Assembly (NCBI RefSeq): GCF_009914755.1
Contig: NC_060927.1
Direction: 5' to 3' (one strand)
Source of the DNA: the human T2T-CHM13v2.0 reference genome, Homo sapiens
DNA length: 64,000 nt
Notes under the pieces: generated by a model
What the model saw: only the letters and a program-made list of their open reading frames with translations
Database searches by the model: none
What the model was told of the DNA's origin: nothing
Shown here: positions 37,706 through 52,417 of the stretch, piece after piece
How positions within the stretch are numbered: position 1 is the first letter of the stretch
Layout: every line of letters starts with the position of its first letter
Position numbers and translations under genes: made by a program

Positions 37706-40609
37706 CTCGATATGTTGAAATAATTTAGAACATAGTTTGATAAATCCTGATTTTCAAGTCTATCATTTTGGTGGGAACCTGAGCAAAAATCTAATTTGAC
37801 CTTTAAAACTGACAAATGTCTCTGTGTTCATAAGATAGTTGCTCCTCATCCAAGCTCTGAAACTTGTCCTTTGAATAGGTGGAAAGCTCCAGGGAAAACA
37901 TGATTCATTAACTATGGCAGCATCTGTGAAAAGAAATAACTTATTGACACCATCCCCATCACACTTGTGAGACTGTTGAAGCCACCCAGCCTGCAGCCTT
38001 TCCCTCTCTGCTGCAGTTCATCCTCTGGTTTGCCTTAAAGACATTCTTCCTGAAATATCTCCCAGAGAAAGGCCTAGGTATTTCTGGGAGGGTCCAAGAG
38101 GTAGAGTTAGAAGTATGATGTGATAACTTTAAGAACTAAGCCAGCTGGAAGGATTATATTGTGATCATCAAGAACAGTGGAGCCAAATTGCTCTGTTACC
38201 TTGACTATTTTTGTTAGGTGAATAACATTTTTTCGTAGAGCATCCTGGAAAAGTGGCATCCCTTTGGTGTGTTGAGATTGATGAAGAATTTGAGTTAAGC
38301 CTAATAATTGCCAAGAGAGAGAAAAAGGAGGGTGAAGTGTGAGAGGAATATCTTTAAGAACATACACTTCATGTCTATTTTCTTCTAGCAATTGAATCTT
38401 TCCAGCATCAAGATTTTTTATTTACTGTTGAAACGTGCATCAAACACTACTGGCAATAGTATAAAGCCCTTTTTAAAAAAAGTTTTTATAGCATCTAGGA
38501 TCTGTGCAGTATCTTAAATTGTGTAATTATTTTTGTAGTATGCACAGAATAGTATTGTCTCTACATTCAGTTTTGTGGATTGTGATTGTCCTCTTTGTGG
38601 AAATTCAAACAGAAAAGCAATGATCAAAGAAACAAAGAGCTTAATTGGCTTTCCATGTGTGGTAATTTGTATGTCTTTATGCAGTTTGTGAGTTCCAAAT
38701 CTTTTCAGATTGACGAAAATGAAGACTAGCTGACCTAGAACATGTGACTCATAGCTCATTAATGCATTCAGCCTCCTCCCTTTGAGCTGGGAGCCTCCTG
38801 CTCCCTATTACTTGGGACCCAGAGGAGACCCATGTTGCTCCTTGATCCTTCAATCTGTGCTGTGGGCACAGAGGCGGCTGTGCCAGCTTGTGCTGGCTAC
38901 TTTGAAAGAAAAACAGATGTGTTCATCTTCATCCATATGTTTATGGAGACTAGTGATAGAAACCTGGGCGCTTCATGAGTGTGGGCCCCGTTTGAAACCC
39001 CAAGTACTCCTTGAGCCACACCCTATTGGAGGGCACGGGATATACACCTTTACTGTTGAATTTAATTAGTTGTCCTAATGGTGGCAACTTCTGACCAGGT
39101 AGGATGATGTGAAGCCTGTCGTGGTTGTTCACTGCACCTGTGAATGAAGATGGAACATATTCAGGTTAGAGTTTAGAAAGTGTGTAAAGTTGCAGTGATA
39201 ATATAATTTTATTGTTTAGAATCCTTATGTTCTTGATATCCTTCCTTGGCTCTATAAATGCAAGATCCATTCTTCAGGAATTAATTCAATCTATTGCCAC
39301 CCATTCTTATGTAGTTTAGAGAGGTATATACTTTTTTATGGAGAAATTTGTCAGTGTTACATGTCCAGTGGAGTTGAGTTGGGAAGACTGAAGTTATATC
39401 AGTCACTTCAATCAAATTGTTAGTGGTGAGACATGGGTTTGTTTGTAAGTGCCATGATGAGCTGCTCTATATTTGTGGACATGAGCTTTTGGGATGTACA
39501 ATCACATTTTATAAGAAAAAATGGAATAATTTGGATGGAATATACTTTATAAAATGAAGCTATTGAAATAACCAGTTTATATGAGAAATCAGATATTTCA
39601 GAACTGTTTTGTAAATGTGATTGTTGACACCTACTTGGGCCACCTTCTGGCAGTAAGGTGTGCTAATTTCTGACCCTTTTTTCTGTCTGTTATGTCCCTG
39701 GTCATGAGCTGGAAAAAAATTCTAAGGTGTTTCTTCACAACCTTCTGAATAATGAGGTAATGATTTTTCTCCACAGCTGATGTATTTCTATAAATAAAGT
39801 TTGACATTTCATAAGCTTTGAAGCTCATATTTTGTTGTTACGTTACATTTGACCTCATGTTCATAAGAGATACAATTCAGCATTGCCTCTCATTTTCACA
39901 TGAGTGGGAAGACTCACCGTCACCCTCACCAAACCTCTCAGAGCAGCGCACGTGTCTGGAGGGTGAGTCCCTTCTGCACAGTAACTGCTCTGTCAGTGGG
40001 GACTGTGGGAACTGTCACTCGTTAGTTTATTTAACAGCTCCTGTTTTTCATTCTCTTCACTTCTATTCCCCCAGATTGCTGTGAAATAATTAATGCCACT
40101 CACCCCACCAAAATAACCACTTTTAATACCAGTAAGCTGATTTTACTACCAGACGAATTTATCAGGAATAAAAATAGCATTTAATAATGGTTTTAAGCCT
40201 TTTCTAACTTAATTAGGGCATTTAAAATTCTGAGCCATAAGAAAATTACTCTCACACAGTGGGTAGACAACATGATGTGTTAAGAGTCAAGTTTAACTCT
40301 ACAAGCTTAATTACCAATTAGCTGAAAACTAACATGTTAAGGAGTTTAAAACATTTGTTTCCCTACCACATTAGTATTAGTCAGATGTTTAGGGCTAAAT
40401 GTTAGGGATTTTTATATGGAGATTTTATGTGAGATTATTCATCTACCTACAGAAATATTTAATTCAGATATTTTCTTTGAAATCAATGTTGATCATTCTA
40501 GTTTTCTTTGTAGTTATATTCTGACACTGGACAGACATCAGATGGGGCCATACCATCATTTATGTAATTCTGCGGCATGAAATAACTTTAGCTTTTAAAT
40601 CACTTATCT

Positions 40610-40903
<294 letters not shown>

Positions 40904-41274
40904 TTATCTTGTATTAGAAAAAAAAACAAAACAAAATAAATTCTATCTTTGTGAATAGAAACAGCTATTTCATTATTTAGCTAAATATAACTGGGATGGT
41001 ACGAATTTTAAGCTGTTTTCCTAAAACTAAGCCCTGTCTTTATTGTTAAACGTTAGAATTCTCCATAGCCAAAATTTTTTGGCCAACATATATCAGAATA
41101 TGTGTTTATTCTTTTAAAATACCAACTACACTTGATTTTTCATGTTCTTTCCTAAAAAGTGCATGTCGCATATCAAACTATATTATCTCAAGTACTTTGA
41201 GTCCAGTTTTACCAAGTGATGCATCATGTAACATTTTAGAGGAGGAGCTGAGAAACACATGTTTCTGTATAGTC

Positions 41275-41547
41275 TGAAAGCTGAGAATGGTTTTTACATT
41301 TTTAATTTATTGGAAAAATAAAAAATAATATCTTGTGATATGAAAGTCATATGAACTTCAAATTTTGCTCTCCATAAATGAAGTGTTTTTGGAGAACAAC
41401 CACCTCCATTAAATACTATCAATGACTGCTTTCTCACTACAGTGGCAAAGTTGAGTAGGGTAGTTGCGACAGAAACTAAGCCTAAGCCTAGCAGCCTACA
41501 ATGTTTACTGTCTGGCTCTGTACAGAACAAATTTGCCAACACTTCCA
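41275..41547. mobile_element. MER58B-like hAT-Charlie fossil
   Basis: agttgagtag...ttgcgacagaaac...tttactgtctggctctgtacagaacaaatttgccaac. Confidence 0.75.
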
Positions 41548-42481
41548 AAAGTGGATTGGGTAAAAGTCCTTAGGGTATTTTGATACAGTGATTTTCAAAG
41601 TCACCTTTGCCAACCTAAATTATGACTTTCTCTTTCTTTCTTTTCTCTTTTTCCTTTCTTTCTTTTCTTCCTTCCTTTCCTTTAAAATGTACTCACTGCA
41701 TTTTGAGTTTTGATACATAAGAATGGGATTCTAATCGTTAACCTGGAGGAAGGAGGAGACTGTTATCGTTGCCTGAGCACTCCTCTGCTGGAAAAAGCAA
41801 TGAGCCTGAATATGGTTCTACTAATTGTTACGGTCAGAAACCTAAAGAAACAAGAGGTGGAAACTAAAAGAGGAAAAAGCCAGTGGAAATTAACGTTTGC
41901 TCTGATTTTAATAGCGCCCGTGAGGCAAGCATGCTACGTCAGTGGGAAGTGGTGACAATCCACCTGAGCTGTGTGCTATAACTCAATAACATTTGTAACT
42001 AATTTAACCTCACATATATTTAGTGTTTATGTATAACCATGGTTGTGCTGCTTGGTAATGAGGCATTAAAAATGAGCCAGTCCAAGAATTGAGTTTAAAT
42101 AGTACTCCTTCTCTCAGCCAAATCAAGCATTTCTTGCTGAGGGGCTGAAGGGCTGGGTGGAGAGAAGGGAATTGGGTAGAGTTAGTGAGCAGCTCTGCAT
42201 CGTCTCTGAAAACCCCTCATTTCCTCTCACCCTTTCCTAAGGCGAGGAGGAGGACTTTCTCTCAAACTGTAAAATCCAGGCTGTGCTAACCACACTCAGT
42301 TTAAAGGAAGGGATTATAAAAGTGCTTGAGGTGGAGACTAATCCCATGAAACCCTCTCCCACCTGAGGAATGGGAAAGATGCTCTGAAGCCTCTGGATTC
42401 CCACACCTTACTGTTGTTTATGCTATTCACCTCCTTCTTATACTCGTCACAACTTATAATTATACATTCATTAGCTTGATC

Positions 42482-42766
42482 CTTTTTTTTTTCTTTTTTT
42501 TTTTGAGACAGGGTTTCACTCCTGTCACCCAGGCTGGATTGCAGTGACGAACTGTTGACTCACTGCAGCCTCTGCCTCCTGGGCTCAAACAATTCTCCTG
42601 CCTCAGCCTCCTGAGTAGTTGGGACTACAGGCACGCACCAGCATGCCCGGCTCATTTTGTTGTTTTGTTTTTTTGCAGAGGTGGGGTTTTGCCATGTTGC
42701 TCAGGCTGGTCTTGAACTTCTGAGCTCAAACAATCCACTCACCTCAGCCTCCCAAAGTGCTGGGAA
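42482..42766 (-). mobile_element. AluJ-type element, slightly 5'-truncated
   Basis: Poly-T followed by gagacagggtttcactc...cccaaagtgctggga. Confidence 0.92.
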
Positions 42767-42789
42767 TTCCTTTTTTAAAAGTACCTCTC

Positions 42790-42921
42790 TTCCTCTCCCT
42801 GAAATCTGAGCTCCAGGATAACAGGGCCCATGTGTCCTATGCAACATTGCGTTCTCAGCACCGACAGCAGAACCTGGCACACAGCAGGTACTCAAAATCC
42901 ATTTTTGGTGAATGAATGAAA
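42790..42921 (+). mobile_element. L2 3' end
   Basis: cctggcacacagcaggtactcaa...tgaatgaatgaa. Confidence 0.7.
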
Positions 42922-44111
42922 ATAACCTTGATCTCCAGGACACAGATATCAGGTGCCCTTCTTACCCTACATGTCTTTCCCATATGTCCCTGTATTCCCC
43001 GAACTTGATTTTTATTTCCATGCACACAAAATGCCTCGGGGAAGGGGGCGCAGAGGGTAGAGTGGCTGCTCTTCCAGTCTTAGGTCTGTATGGAAGCACT
43101 CATGTTCTAAGGCAGTGAGGGCTGGCTTTGCTGGTCCAAGAAGAGGAGGATGCCTGAGGTGCTTGGACAACTCCAGATGCTTGTAGGGAGAGAGGGACCA
43201 GAGGCAGGAGAGACTGGTCCTGAGAAGGAAGATCTCAGCATCCCAGCTCCTGGATCTTTCACCTCTTGTTCAGACCCTAGATGTCTCCCCAGCTTTTATC
43301 AGAGGATCCTTTATCCTATCTGCAATTCCCTCCTTAAAGATTCGTATGCCCTTAAAAAAAAGAAAGAAAGAAAGAAAAAAAAAAACAACTATATAGAAGA
43401 GCTTAGTGCAGAAGAGAGGAGGAGGAAAATGTGAGGGCCCCTAGTTATTCACCTGGCTATGATAGGAGAGAAACCTGGTTCAGTTAAGCTGCCTGAGGTG
43501 GGAACATCCCTCATATGTGTACAGTGTTTTATGATTTTTTTCCCAAGCATGCTCATAAATCAATTGTTACATGAGCTAATAGTCAGAGGCTGTGGTGTAC
43601 AATGATGTTAGCACATGGACTGGGGTCACACCAGAAAAGGGAAGCCTTGGGTAGGGATAGGGTCCGTTTGAGCTGAGCAGAGAAATTCTTGAAAGCCAGA
43701 GAGCCACTTTCCCCCAACTGCTACAGGCCCCCACTCTCCAACACCTACTGACCCTGGTGAGTGAGCCAAAACACATCTCCCAGGGAAGAAAGCCTTGGCT
43801 CCCCTTCCCCTCAACCACACACAGCATCCACCAGCTCTAGCTCCACCTTGGGAAATCCTTGTCTTCATCCTTATCTCACCTGCCACCATGAGCTGGCTCC
43901 CAGGGCAACAGAAGATATTCCCTGGCATGTTTTGCAAAGGACACATCTTAATAAGAACAGTGGTATATTCACAGACCACCCAGGTATGTATGCATGGAGT
44001 GTGAACACCTATGCACAAGACTGCACCCTAGGAAGCAGATGAGCCCCTGCTAATGAGCTAGCTCCTGCACTAGTGCTTGCTTGTGTGACTGGGGGCAAGG
44101 CTGTTTCTCTC

Positions 44112-44238
44112 ATTTTTTTAAGAAATGGGGTCTCGCTATGTTACCCAGGCTGGTCTTGAACTCCTGGCCTTAAGCGATCCTCCAACCTCAACCTCCTAAA
44201 GTGCTGGGATTACAGGTGTGAGCCACTGTGCCCAGCCC
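44112..44238 (-). mobile_element. FLAM / Alu left monomer inserted in a MIR
   Basis: Monomer-length Alu sequence; MIR-like sequence on both sides (about 44070-44110 and 44240-44350). Confidence 0.85.
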
Positions 44239-47200
44239 AAACCTATTTTTTAAACTCTACAATGGGCATTAGATCACAACCTCAAAGGATTATAAGACTA
44301 TGTACCTGTAAATAGCCTAGAACATAATAAATACTCAATAAATCATTGTCATTATGATTGTCATTATTAGTTTTCAAAGGCTGGTTGCATATAGCTCCTG
44401 AAGCTTGAAGACCTTTGTGTGAGTTTATTTTAACATCACTCCATATTCCAGAGCAGCATTTGTCATGCCCCACTTTGTTATTTATACAGAGCATGATTAC
44501 TCCATTTCATAAAGTCAGGTTTAAAGTTCAAAATGAAAAGCAAAAGGTAAGTTCTCCCATCATCTTGCTAAGCAAGTTGTCTCTCTGCTCTGAAAGGGGA
44601 AGATACCAGAACATGTGAGTTATGTGGTCAACATCAGGAAGAACGCCACACCTGGGTTTATACAGTAAATACTCTAGTAGCTGCTCAGATGCATTCTTCC
44701 AGCTCTGTTATTCCTGGAGAACTGTGGACACTCTGCTGTGTTTAAAAAAAGTATTGCTTTTCATTACAGAGAAGTCTTCAATTGCTTTCCTCTTTCAACG
44801 AACGTCTATACTTAGTTATCACAGACTTGAGAGAAACTAATGATACTTTACAGTAAGACTATGATTAAATTACCTTCTGTTAATTAGGAGTTTCTAAATC
44901 ACCTTCATCCCCTTGGAGAAAAGACTTGATGTAAATAGGCAGTAATAAAAGTGGTACTATGTTTAATTCAAATTGTATCCTTTTAAATTTAATTAATTTA
45001 GTAATAGTTTTAAATGAGCATGTCAGAACTAAAGGGTCCTTAGTGACTTGAAAGAGTTAACGTAGCATCCAGAAGTTCCTAATGTACTCTTCAGAAGTAG
45101 CTTGCTCACTGAATAATTGGGTTTAACCAGCTCAAGTTCCCCTGTCCTCCCACGGGAATGATTCAGAGCAGGTTTTGAACCATTCTCATCAGTTTTTTGG
45201 AGACACTACCCTCCATTCAGGATGTAGCGTCTGAACTCACTATCTTTAATGTTTCCAAGACCAAGGGAGAGACAGTGAGGCCATAGGCCCTCTTTCCAGG
45301 CACTTACTAGAGAGTAAGCCAGCAAAGTGGCTGTGGACTACATCCTCACTGGACTGCACCTGGCTGCTCACAGTACCTGTTGAAAGTTCCTTCTAAGTTG
45401 CTAAATCCCTTCACCTACCCACATCCCTTCCTCCTTTCATGTCTGCAGAGAATACTTGAGCACAAGGCACACATAAATTTCATGCTGTCTGGGATGGGAT
45501 AAGGATGTCGTGTAAGCATATCATTAATGTAGCTTAGAAAAGCTGAAAAGTGGCTGGGAGAGGATGGGGTTTGTGTATGTGTACATCCTTGAGGTGACCA
45601 TGGTGCAAAGCAATTTATCATGTGCTGTAAAGTAGATTGTTTAATGTGAGACTATTGTATAAGGTTTCCCACAGTAATCATGTACAAAATGATGTATAGC
45701 ATACCAAGTTCTCCCCTAACAAGACTTCTGGTCATGTAAGGTTGATAATAAACTAGAGAAGTAAAAGGATTATTATCATTTAAATGCATGTGCATGCTCT
45801 TCATATAGAAAAGCATAGCATAATAAATTACCACATAAACTGGCAGAAATTATTATATAGCTTTTCTGGATAGTTTTATAATTGCAGCAGAGTTCCTTTG
45901 CAGGGTAGTTTAGGTTCTGTTTTGTTGCTCAATTTTCACCTTTTTTTTTTTTTTTTTTTGCTTTTCCTATGAATATCAAATTGTTCAGGACCAGAAACTA
46001 CAAGATCAAATTCAAAACTCCTTCCATTTTTTGAAATTCTGTTTATTTCGTGAAATAAGATTAAATAACTTATATTTCTTAACTTAAAGTTTTGGTTAAA
46101 AACTAAAATTTGAGGTTTAGAAATTTTAAATATTTTCCAAAAATTTAGAGTAGGATAAGTATTTAACGTATATTCATTGACTTCATAACCAATCTTTTGG
46201 TACAACTGGAACCCCTCCAGCGACCTTTTCAAACTATTGCCTCTGGTCTATTTAAATGTATTGGGGACCACATGGAGACTTCTGGAAATGCTAAATCTCA
46301 ATCTAGAAATAGTAGTGAATGCCTTTTAAATCTAAGTTTGGTTGTGACTTTATGGCTCACTCACTTGTCTGCATAAAAATAAAAATTTCTTACCTGGTTT
46401 AAAAGCACAGTTTTTGGTGACATAAACCACCCTAGTGCATTCATTGTTTTGATTCCCCTAAGCTCTGCCTCTGTGATTTTGTCGATTTTTTTTCTTTTAA
46501 TCCTGTAGATGTGCTTTTTTATTTTTTGCCCACTATCCTCTTTGTGCTGTTTTTCCTTATCTTTGCTCCTTTTTCCTCTCCTCCCAGCCTAACAAATGTG
46601 TATTACTAAGGACTTCTAGTGGCTAATGTGGGAAGTGCCTCTCAGAAATACCCACAACTGTAAACAGTAGGTCCATGCAGTGCGCATTGGACACACAGCA
46701 CCTGTGGAAAGTAGGAACCAAAGGCAATAAACTGGTTCTTTTGACTACATGATACTATTTATTTCATGAATGTTATGCTGTATCCAAATGGTTATTGAGT
46801 GAATGCAGGAGACACCCATATTACACTTGTATATGATAAGCATATGCCTGTATCTTATGTTTGTATGGTGATTACATTCAGAAACTGCACTTAAAGTTTA
46901 ACCTGTGAAATATGGCCCGCTTCTAAGTGTGTGAATATGATTATATATTAATTTAGGCTGAGAAGTGATAGAGACATTGATTGTGTTAGAGGAGGCTTTT
47001 TATAATTTGAAAATTCAACTAGCTACCTACAGATAAGATGGGATGTTATTTTATAGGATTTTATCTGAAATGTAGTACATAAGAGGTTCAGACCGTATCA
47101 GGGTTTAGATAAAAGTTATGTAACAGGAAAGACACATTGATCCCTTAGGTACTACCCTAGCTCTGAAGTGAGCTTTATGAAAAGTTAGAGTATATTGGAA

Positions 47201-47477
47201 AAAGTTGAGAATAGCTAGCTTCCTACATGTGGACCCTGGGTCACTCTTAATTCATAATTCATTCCAGATTTATATAGCATTTGGCATCTGTTCTCTGGCA
47301 AGAAATGATCATTAAAATAGTTGAATACAGTGTTCAGGCAGACTTATATGACGCCAAAACCATGCTTTGAACGTGGCAGAAACTGAGAATTTAACTTAGA
47401 CTTCAAATAAAATTCCATAGAAGAATTTTGTAAACAAATTTTTTGGAAATATTTTGAAGTATTCTCCCTTCTATAGT

Positions 47478-48005
47478 AAGTTCTACTACAAATACTTGTT
47501 TTGAAAATTCAAACTTGCTTGAATGCAGTTTATATGTTAGGTAACAATTTGAGCATACCAAAAATTTTGCATTTGCGTGTGCACAAGTTTGTGTGAACTG
47601 AAATTACACACACACCCCTCAAACATCCACCATATTCTTCAATTCACAAAATGTGTTATGAGCTACACCCTCTACATCTTGTGTTACAATTTTCCGTTAG
47701 ATTTCAGATCACCCTCCTTCCACCACTTCACAGTGACTCACAAGCTGCAACTCCTCCAACACCCACTTCCACCAGCAACCTTCAGGTCTTTTTCAAGGTT
47801 AAGTGCCATGTTTATTGTAGTATTTTTTCATTCTTTAACCATTTAACATATGCAGAACTGTGATATTGTTTTTATTTGATGTCTTTTTTTATGTGTCACT
47901 GCAAAATTTTTTAGTGTTGTGCCCCTAACCCACTTTCCTTATAAGCCCTGTGGTTTTTATTGCACAATTTTGTATAGTGAGGTGAGTTTTAGGATTGCAG
48001 AACTG
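47478..48005 (+). mobile_element. MER82-like TcMar-Tigger non-autonomous element
   Basis: agttct...agaactg ends; aacaatttgagcata, ccttccaccacttcac, agccctgtggtttttattgc. Confidence 0.7.
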
Positions 48006-48019
48006 TCATACTGCAGTTA

Positions 48020-48849
48020 CAGCCGATCCTTGAATAATGTCATTTTGTTCAGCATCATTTCATTATAACACTGAAGAGGAAAAAATAATTGATTCCCAGC
48101 TGGGGCCACTTGTATGGAGTTTGCAGGTTCTCCCCACATCTGTGTAGGTTTCCTCCAGGTACACCAGGTACACCAGTTTCCTCCCACATAGCAAAGATGT
48201 GAGCTTCAGATGAGTTGGACAATCTTCAGGGTTTCAGTGTGAGTGAGTGTGGATGTGTGTGTGAGTGTGCCCTGCGATGGGATGGCATCCTGTCCAGGGT
48301 GGGTTCCCCCTTTTACCCTGACCTGCTGGGATAGGCTCTGGCCACCTTTGATAAGTGGATTGGAATAAGTGGGTTGGAAAATGAATAAATAAATGAATGA
48401 ATGAATATAAGTTATTGGGAAATAAAAAAATTTATCAGGTATTTGACATTCATCCAAATGCACGGCAATATTTGTTAACTGTTTTTGAGCTGTGTGGTAG
48501 TAGGAGGTTCCTCTGAAAATTTTCATTTTGCAAACATTTGTTGATTTAATACACCACCACTATGACTACTGTCACGAATTCACCACAAATTGAGTAAATA
48601 ATGATCTTACTTGTTTTCATTAATCTTTCTTAAATGTATGTATAGTTCACATTTATTTCAGCATTTAAAATTAGAAGTGTTTTGATCTTTATTGAGAAGT
48701 TTGATGACGTTTTTGTGACCAGAAATACGCTGTGGAAACTTAACCCTTGTTTATATCAGTTAGCCTAGGGTAAAATTGGTTTCATTGTACCTTGTTCACT
48801 GAAAGTCGCAGTTTCCAAGAAGCTGTCCATGTTAAGAGAAGACTTACTG
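48020..48849 (+). mobile_element. MER6-like TcMar-Tigger element with internal V-SINE-like segment
   Basis: TA|cagccgatccttgaataa ... gacttactg|TA; internal ggagtttgcaggttctcccc...tttcctcccaca, TG-rich tract and (gaat)n tail. Confidence 0.8.
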
Positions 48850-49277
48850 TATATTCTCCACAGTTACTCAAGATCACCAAATGACCAGATCCGCAGCTTC
48901 CAATACTGTGGACTCACTCTCCTTCCAGCACCTCTCTCTGTACACGCCTGTAAATGTTTAGCATCCTTGTTCTTTTCCTGCCCTCGGACCACTCTTGCAC
49001 CTGTCATACTAGTTATTATTCTCTCTGCTTATTCCAGTGATTCTGGAGCATCATGCAACATTCATTCATCTTTAAAATTTCTCCCTCAGAAATGTAGACA
49101 TTCTTTCATCTCAGCCACTACCTCTGTGGAGAAAATTTTCAATTATCCAGTGCCAGAAGCAAGCTGTCACATAATTTCCGGTTGTACTCGAGGTTCTTAG
49201 ACTTCCCTATTGTAACCACCAGTTCAATTCAACTAAGCTGGAAGTTCACATCCTAAATACGTTAACATACTTAAAGG

Positions 49278-49410
49278 AACCGTAAAGCACTCTATAACTG
49301 TGGGGTGTGTAACATGTTTACTTGTAAACTGTAAAGCACTCTGTAACTGTGGGGTGTGTAACATGTTTAGTTGTAAACCGTAAAGCACTCTATAATTGTA
49401 AGGTGTGTTA
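49278..49410. repeat. 49-bp minisatellite, about 2.7 copies
   Basis: Units start at 49278, 49327 and 49376: aac(c/t)gtaaagcactct(a/g)taactgtggggtgtgtaacatgttta(c/g)ttgta. Confidence 0.93.
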
Positions 49411-50735
49411 CAATTTTTCTTATCCTGACCAGTTTTCCTCTCTTATCTTGGCTCTTCCTTCTGTGCCCACAGCAAATCAGCCTTGGAGTCCTCCTCCATG
49501 TAATGTGTTCATGTCATCCTTTCTTTCCCAGCCCCTCTGCTGCCTCTCATGTCTCTCATATAGCAGTGGCCCCCACCTGCTTCCTGTTCCCACTTTTGTG
49601 CCATCTCCCATTTCTTCCTTCACACTGATGCTTGTTCATGGTTCTGAAATTTTACTTTGTTCATAACACCTCTGCTTAAAATTGTCAAGGGTTTGTGATT
49701 AAATTCAAACTCTGCAGTGTAGAAGTTTATATCTTATCCAATCTGGCCCTCACTCCTCTTCTATCCATGTTTCCTTACATTCTCTAATATGAGTTGAGGT
49801 GCCTAGAAAGCTTAACAATATTTTACATGATTTCAAGTCCTGGCCTTCCACATCATGCCTGCAGCGGGGTCCTGTGTGTGGCAGCACCCAAATATGCTCC
49901 TCTGTATGTTTGTTAACAGTTGAGTAGTGCTTTTTATCAAGCGCATGTCAAGTTCTTTCTACAACTTTCTTTTATATAGGGTTTTTTCCCCCCTATAATT
50001 TGCGTAGTGGAAGATGTGGTAGTGGAAATGAAGTTTCATAAGAAACCTAGGACAAGTTACTCTGGAAACGGTTTGTTATTTAGAAAGTGTTTTCATAGTG
50101 ACCTTGCTGGAAGGGAGGACGACCACAGCTCTTAATGATATGGCAGACCTCGGCCCCTGGATAGGCACCAGCTCTCTGTCCTCCCCACAGTGGACTGCAG
50201 CCACAATGCTCTCCCCATGTGAGATGGAAAGGGGAGCTGGGTTTAATTGTAGCGCACAGCTGGCCAAAGACCTCTACAGCAATAATCTTTCAGTATTTCA
50301 GTGTAAATTTGTGACTTATATTATGTTCAAGTATTTAAAAGTACGTTGTATTTTCCAACAATAACTTTATAAATGGTGCCTCTTCCATTAGTTCAACTTT
50401 GTAACATTTTTCTGTACTTGGAAGCTTTAGTAAAGGAAAAACTTACCTCTGGATTTCAGTTGAGAAGTCTCAAATCCCGATGTTTTAGAATCAAACTAAA
50501 ATTCTTCACCCGCACAGTAATAATTATTTTAAAGTGTTAAAAAGAGAGATTATATTGTTAACTCAGAGAGGTGTTTCTCTCAAGAGTGCAGAAAAAAGCA
50601 CCAAAGCTTACAAATTCCCAAGGGCATCTTGATCTTACTTTCTGTCCCATTCATGGCATTAGTGAACTAACTGGCTTTGCAGGGCCAAACAGCACAAGGC
50701 TGACCACCCACCAGGGACGTTGAGCTTTAAGAGGC

Positions 50736-51065
50736 TGTTTTAGTCCATTTTGTGTTGTTGAAACAGAATATCACAGCCTGTGCAATTTATAAAAACTGAA
50801 ATTTATTTTCTCACAGTTCTGGAGGCTGAGAAGTCCAAAATCAAGGCTCAGTATCTGGTGAAGGTCTTCTGAGTGGCTCCTCACGTGGTGGGAGACAGAA
50901 GGGCATGCTAGCTGAATGCTGTGTGAAACCTCTTTTATAAGGACCTTAATCCCATTGACTAGGAAGGAGCCATCATGGCTTCATCACCTTTTAAAGGCCC
51001 TGCCTGTTAATATGATCACATTGACAATACTTGAATTTTGAAGGGGACACATTTAAACCATAACA
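50736..51065 (-). mobile_element. MST/MLT1A-type MaLR solo LTR with perfect 5-bp TSD
   Basis: TG...CA ends; ctcacagttctggaggctgagaagtccaa; TSD gaggc at 50731-50735 and 51066-51070. Confidence 0.88.
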
Positions 51066-52417
51066 GAGGCTGCCATTCAGAAAATTCTGACTAGATGGGA
51101 AAAAATTACTTTGGATTGAATTAGTTCCTATTTTCTGAAAACCTTATCCATGATCACATTTGCTGTTCTGTATTCATCCCTGGAGTCCAGAGAAGCAAGT
51201 CCTGCTTTGGTCCAGTCCTCCCAAGGTCATCCTGAGCCTGGTGGTGCCTGAAGCCACATCTTGCCACCTGGGCGTTTACTGGTCCACTGAGGCCTATCAT
51301 GGATCTCCAAGGTGGTCATGGCAGTTTGGGGGGCATTCAGTGGTTAGGGCCAGGTGTATACTGCACCATTTTTGTAAGTCCATTGGCATGTTTGAGAATG
51401 ATAATCTTTTCATTTTTTGAGTTTGGAAAGATACTTCCCTGTTATGTGTCAAGTAATCATAGAATCCATGTGAAAGAACAAAGTTTTTTTACTGTCTAGC
51501 CTTTTTCTTTTATAGCAACTTAAGGACTTCTCAGACTTTGTAACTTCATTAGAAACAGCTACAACAGAAGATGCAGTAGCCACATCTGTGTTGAGCAGGA
51601 CAGGCAAAGAAAGCAGTTTAGAGGTTGGGATTTTCTATCTGAAACTGAGATTCAAAACAAGATAAAGGGGAAAAAAATCTAGAATTCAGATGTTATTACT
51701 AAAATTTCTTTCACCCAAGTATTTAAAATTATTGACAAACTACTTTTATAATTATTAGCAAAATCTGTGTTCTTAAGATGAAGGGCAATTCAGTGAATTG
51801 TCTGAAATCAGACATAGGGTCCTTATATAAAACCACAGACTTGCTTATTCTGAAAATGGAATTTTCCTAGTTGATAAGCAAGTTTCAAAACAGAATATGA
51901 AGGAGCAGTCTATAGAAATCTAGTAATATATAATATATTTATGTAATAATAACCCTTCTCATAGCTGTATCTATAAACAGAGAAGTTTACTTTACACTAA
52001 CATGGGAGTTACTTTCAAAACATAGCACTCCGATAAAAGGCATATCTGGTTTCTTTCCAGCTTAATAAAATATAAATTTTAATTTTTACTTTGCCTTTAG
52101 TTAAAATTTCCTGCTTTTCATCTGCTCAAATTCTACATTAAAATCTTATATTAGAGGTGATCAAATTTATGAAATAGATTTCTAGGCTATGTTACATCCA
52201 TAGATTTTCCAAACACTTTAGTTCCAGAAATGTAGGAGGTACTGGTAACAGGCCAGTGATATAAAATCCATTAGCAACAACTATATAAAAGCATCTTGCC
52301 CTAGAAAAAACAATATAAGCATCCATGTGGCGAGTTACTCAGGCTGGCAGCAGGGTGTCTGATTGCTGTGCCAAGACTTACACCTGTGTGTTTATAGGGG
52401 CTTGATGAAATTCATGC

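Noticed and set aside
49278-49410. Repeat array as CRISPR-like
   Set aside because: Units are contiguous with no unique spacers, there are no cas genes, and the DNA is eukaryotic.
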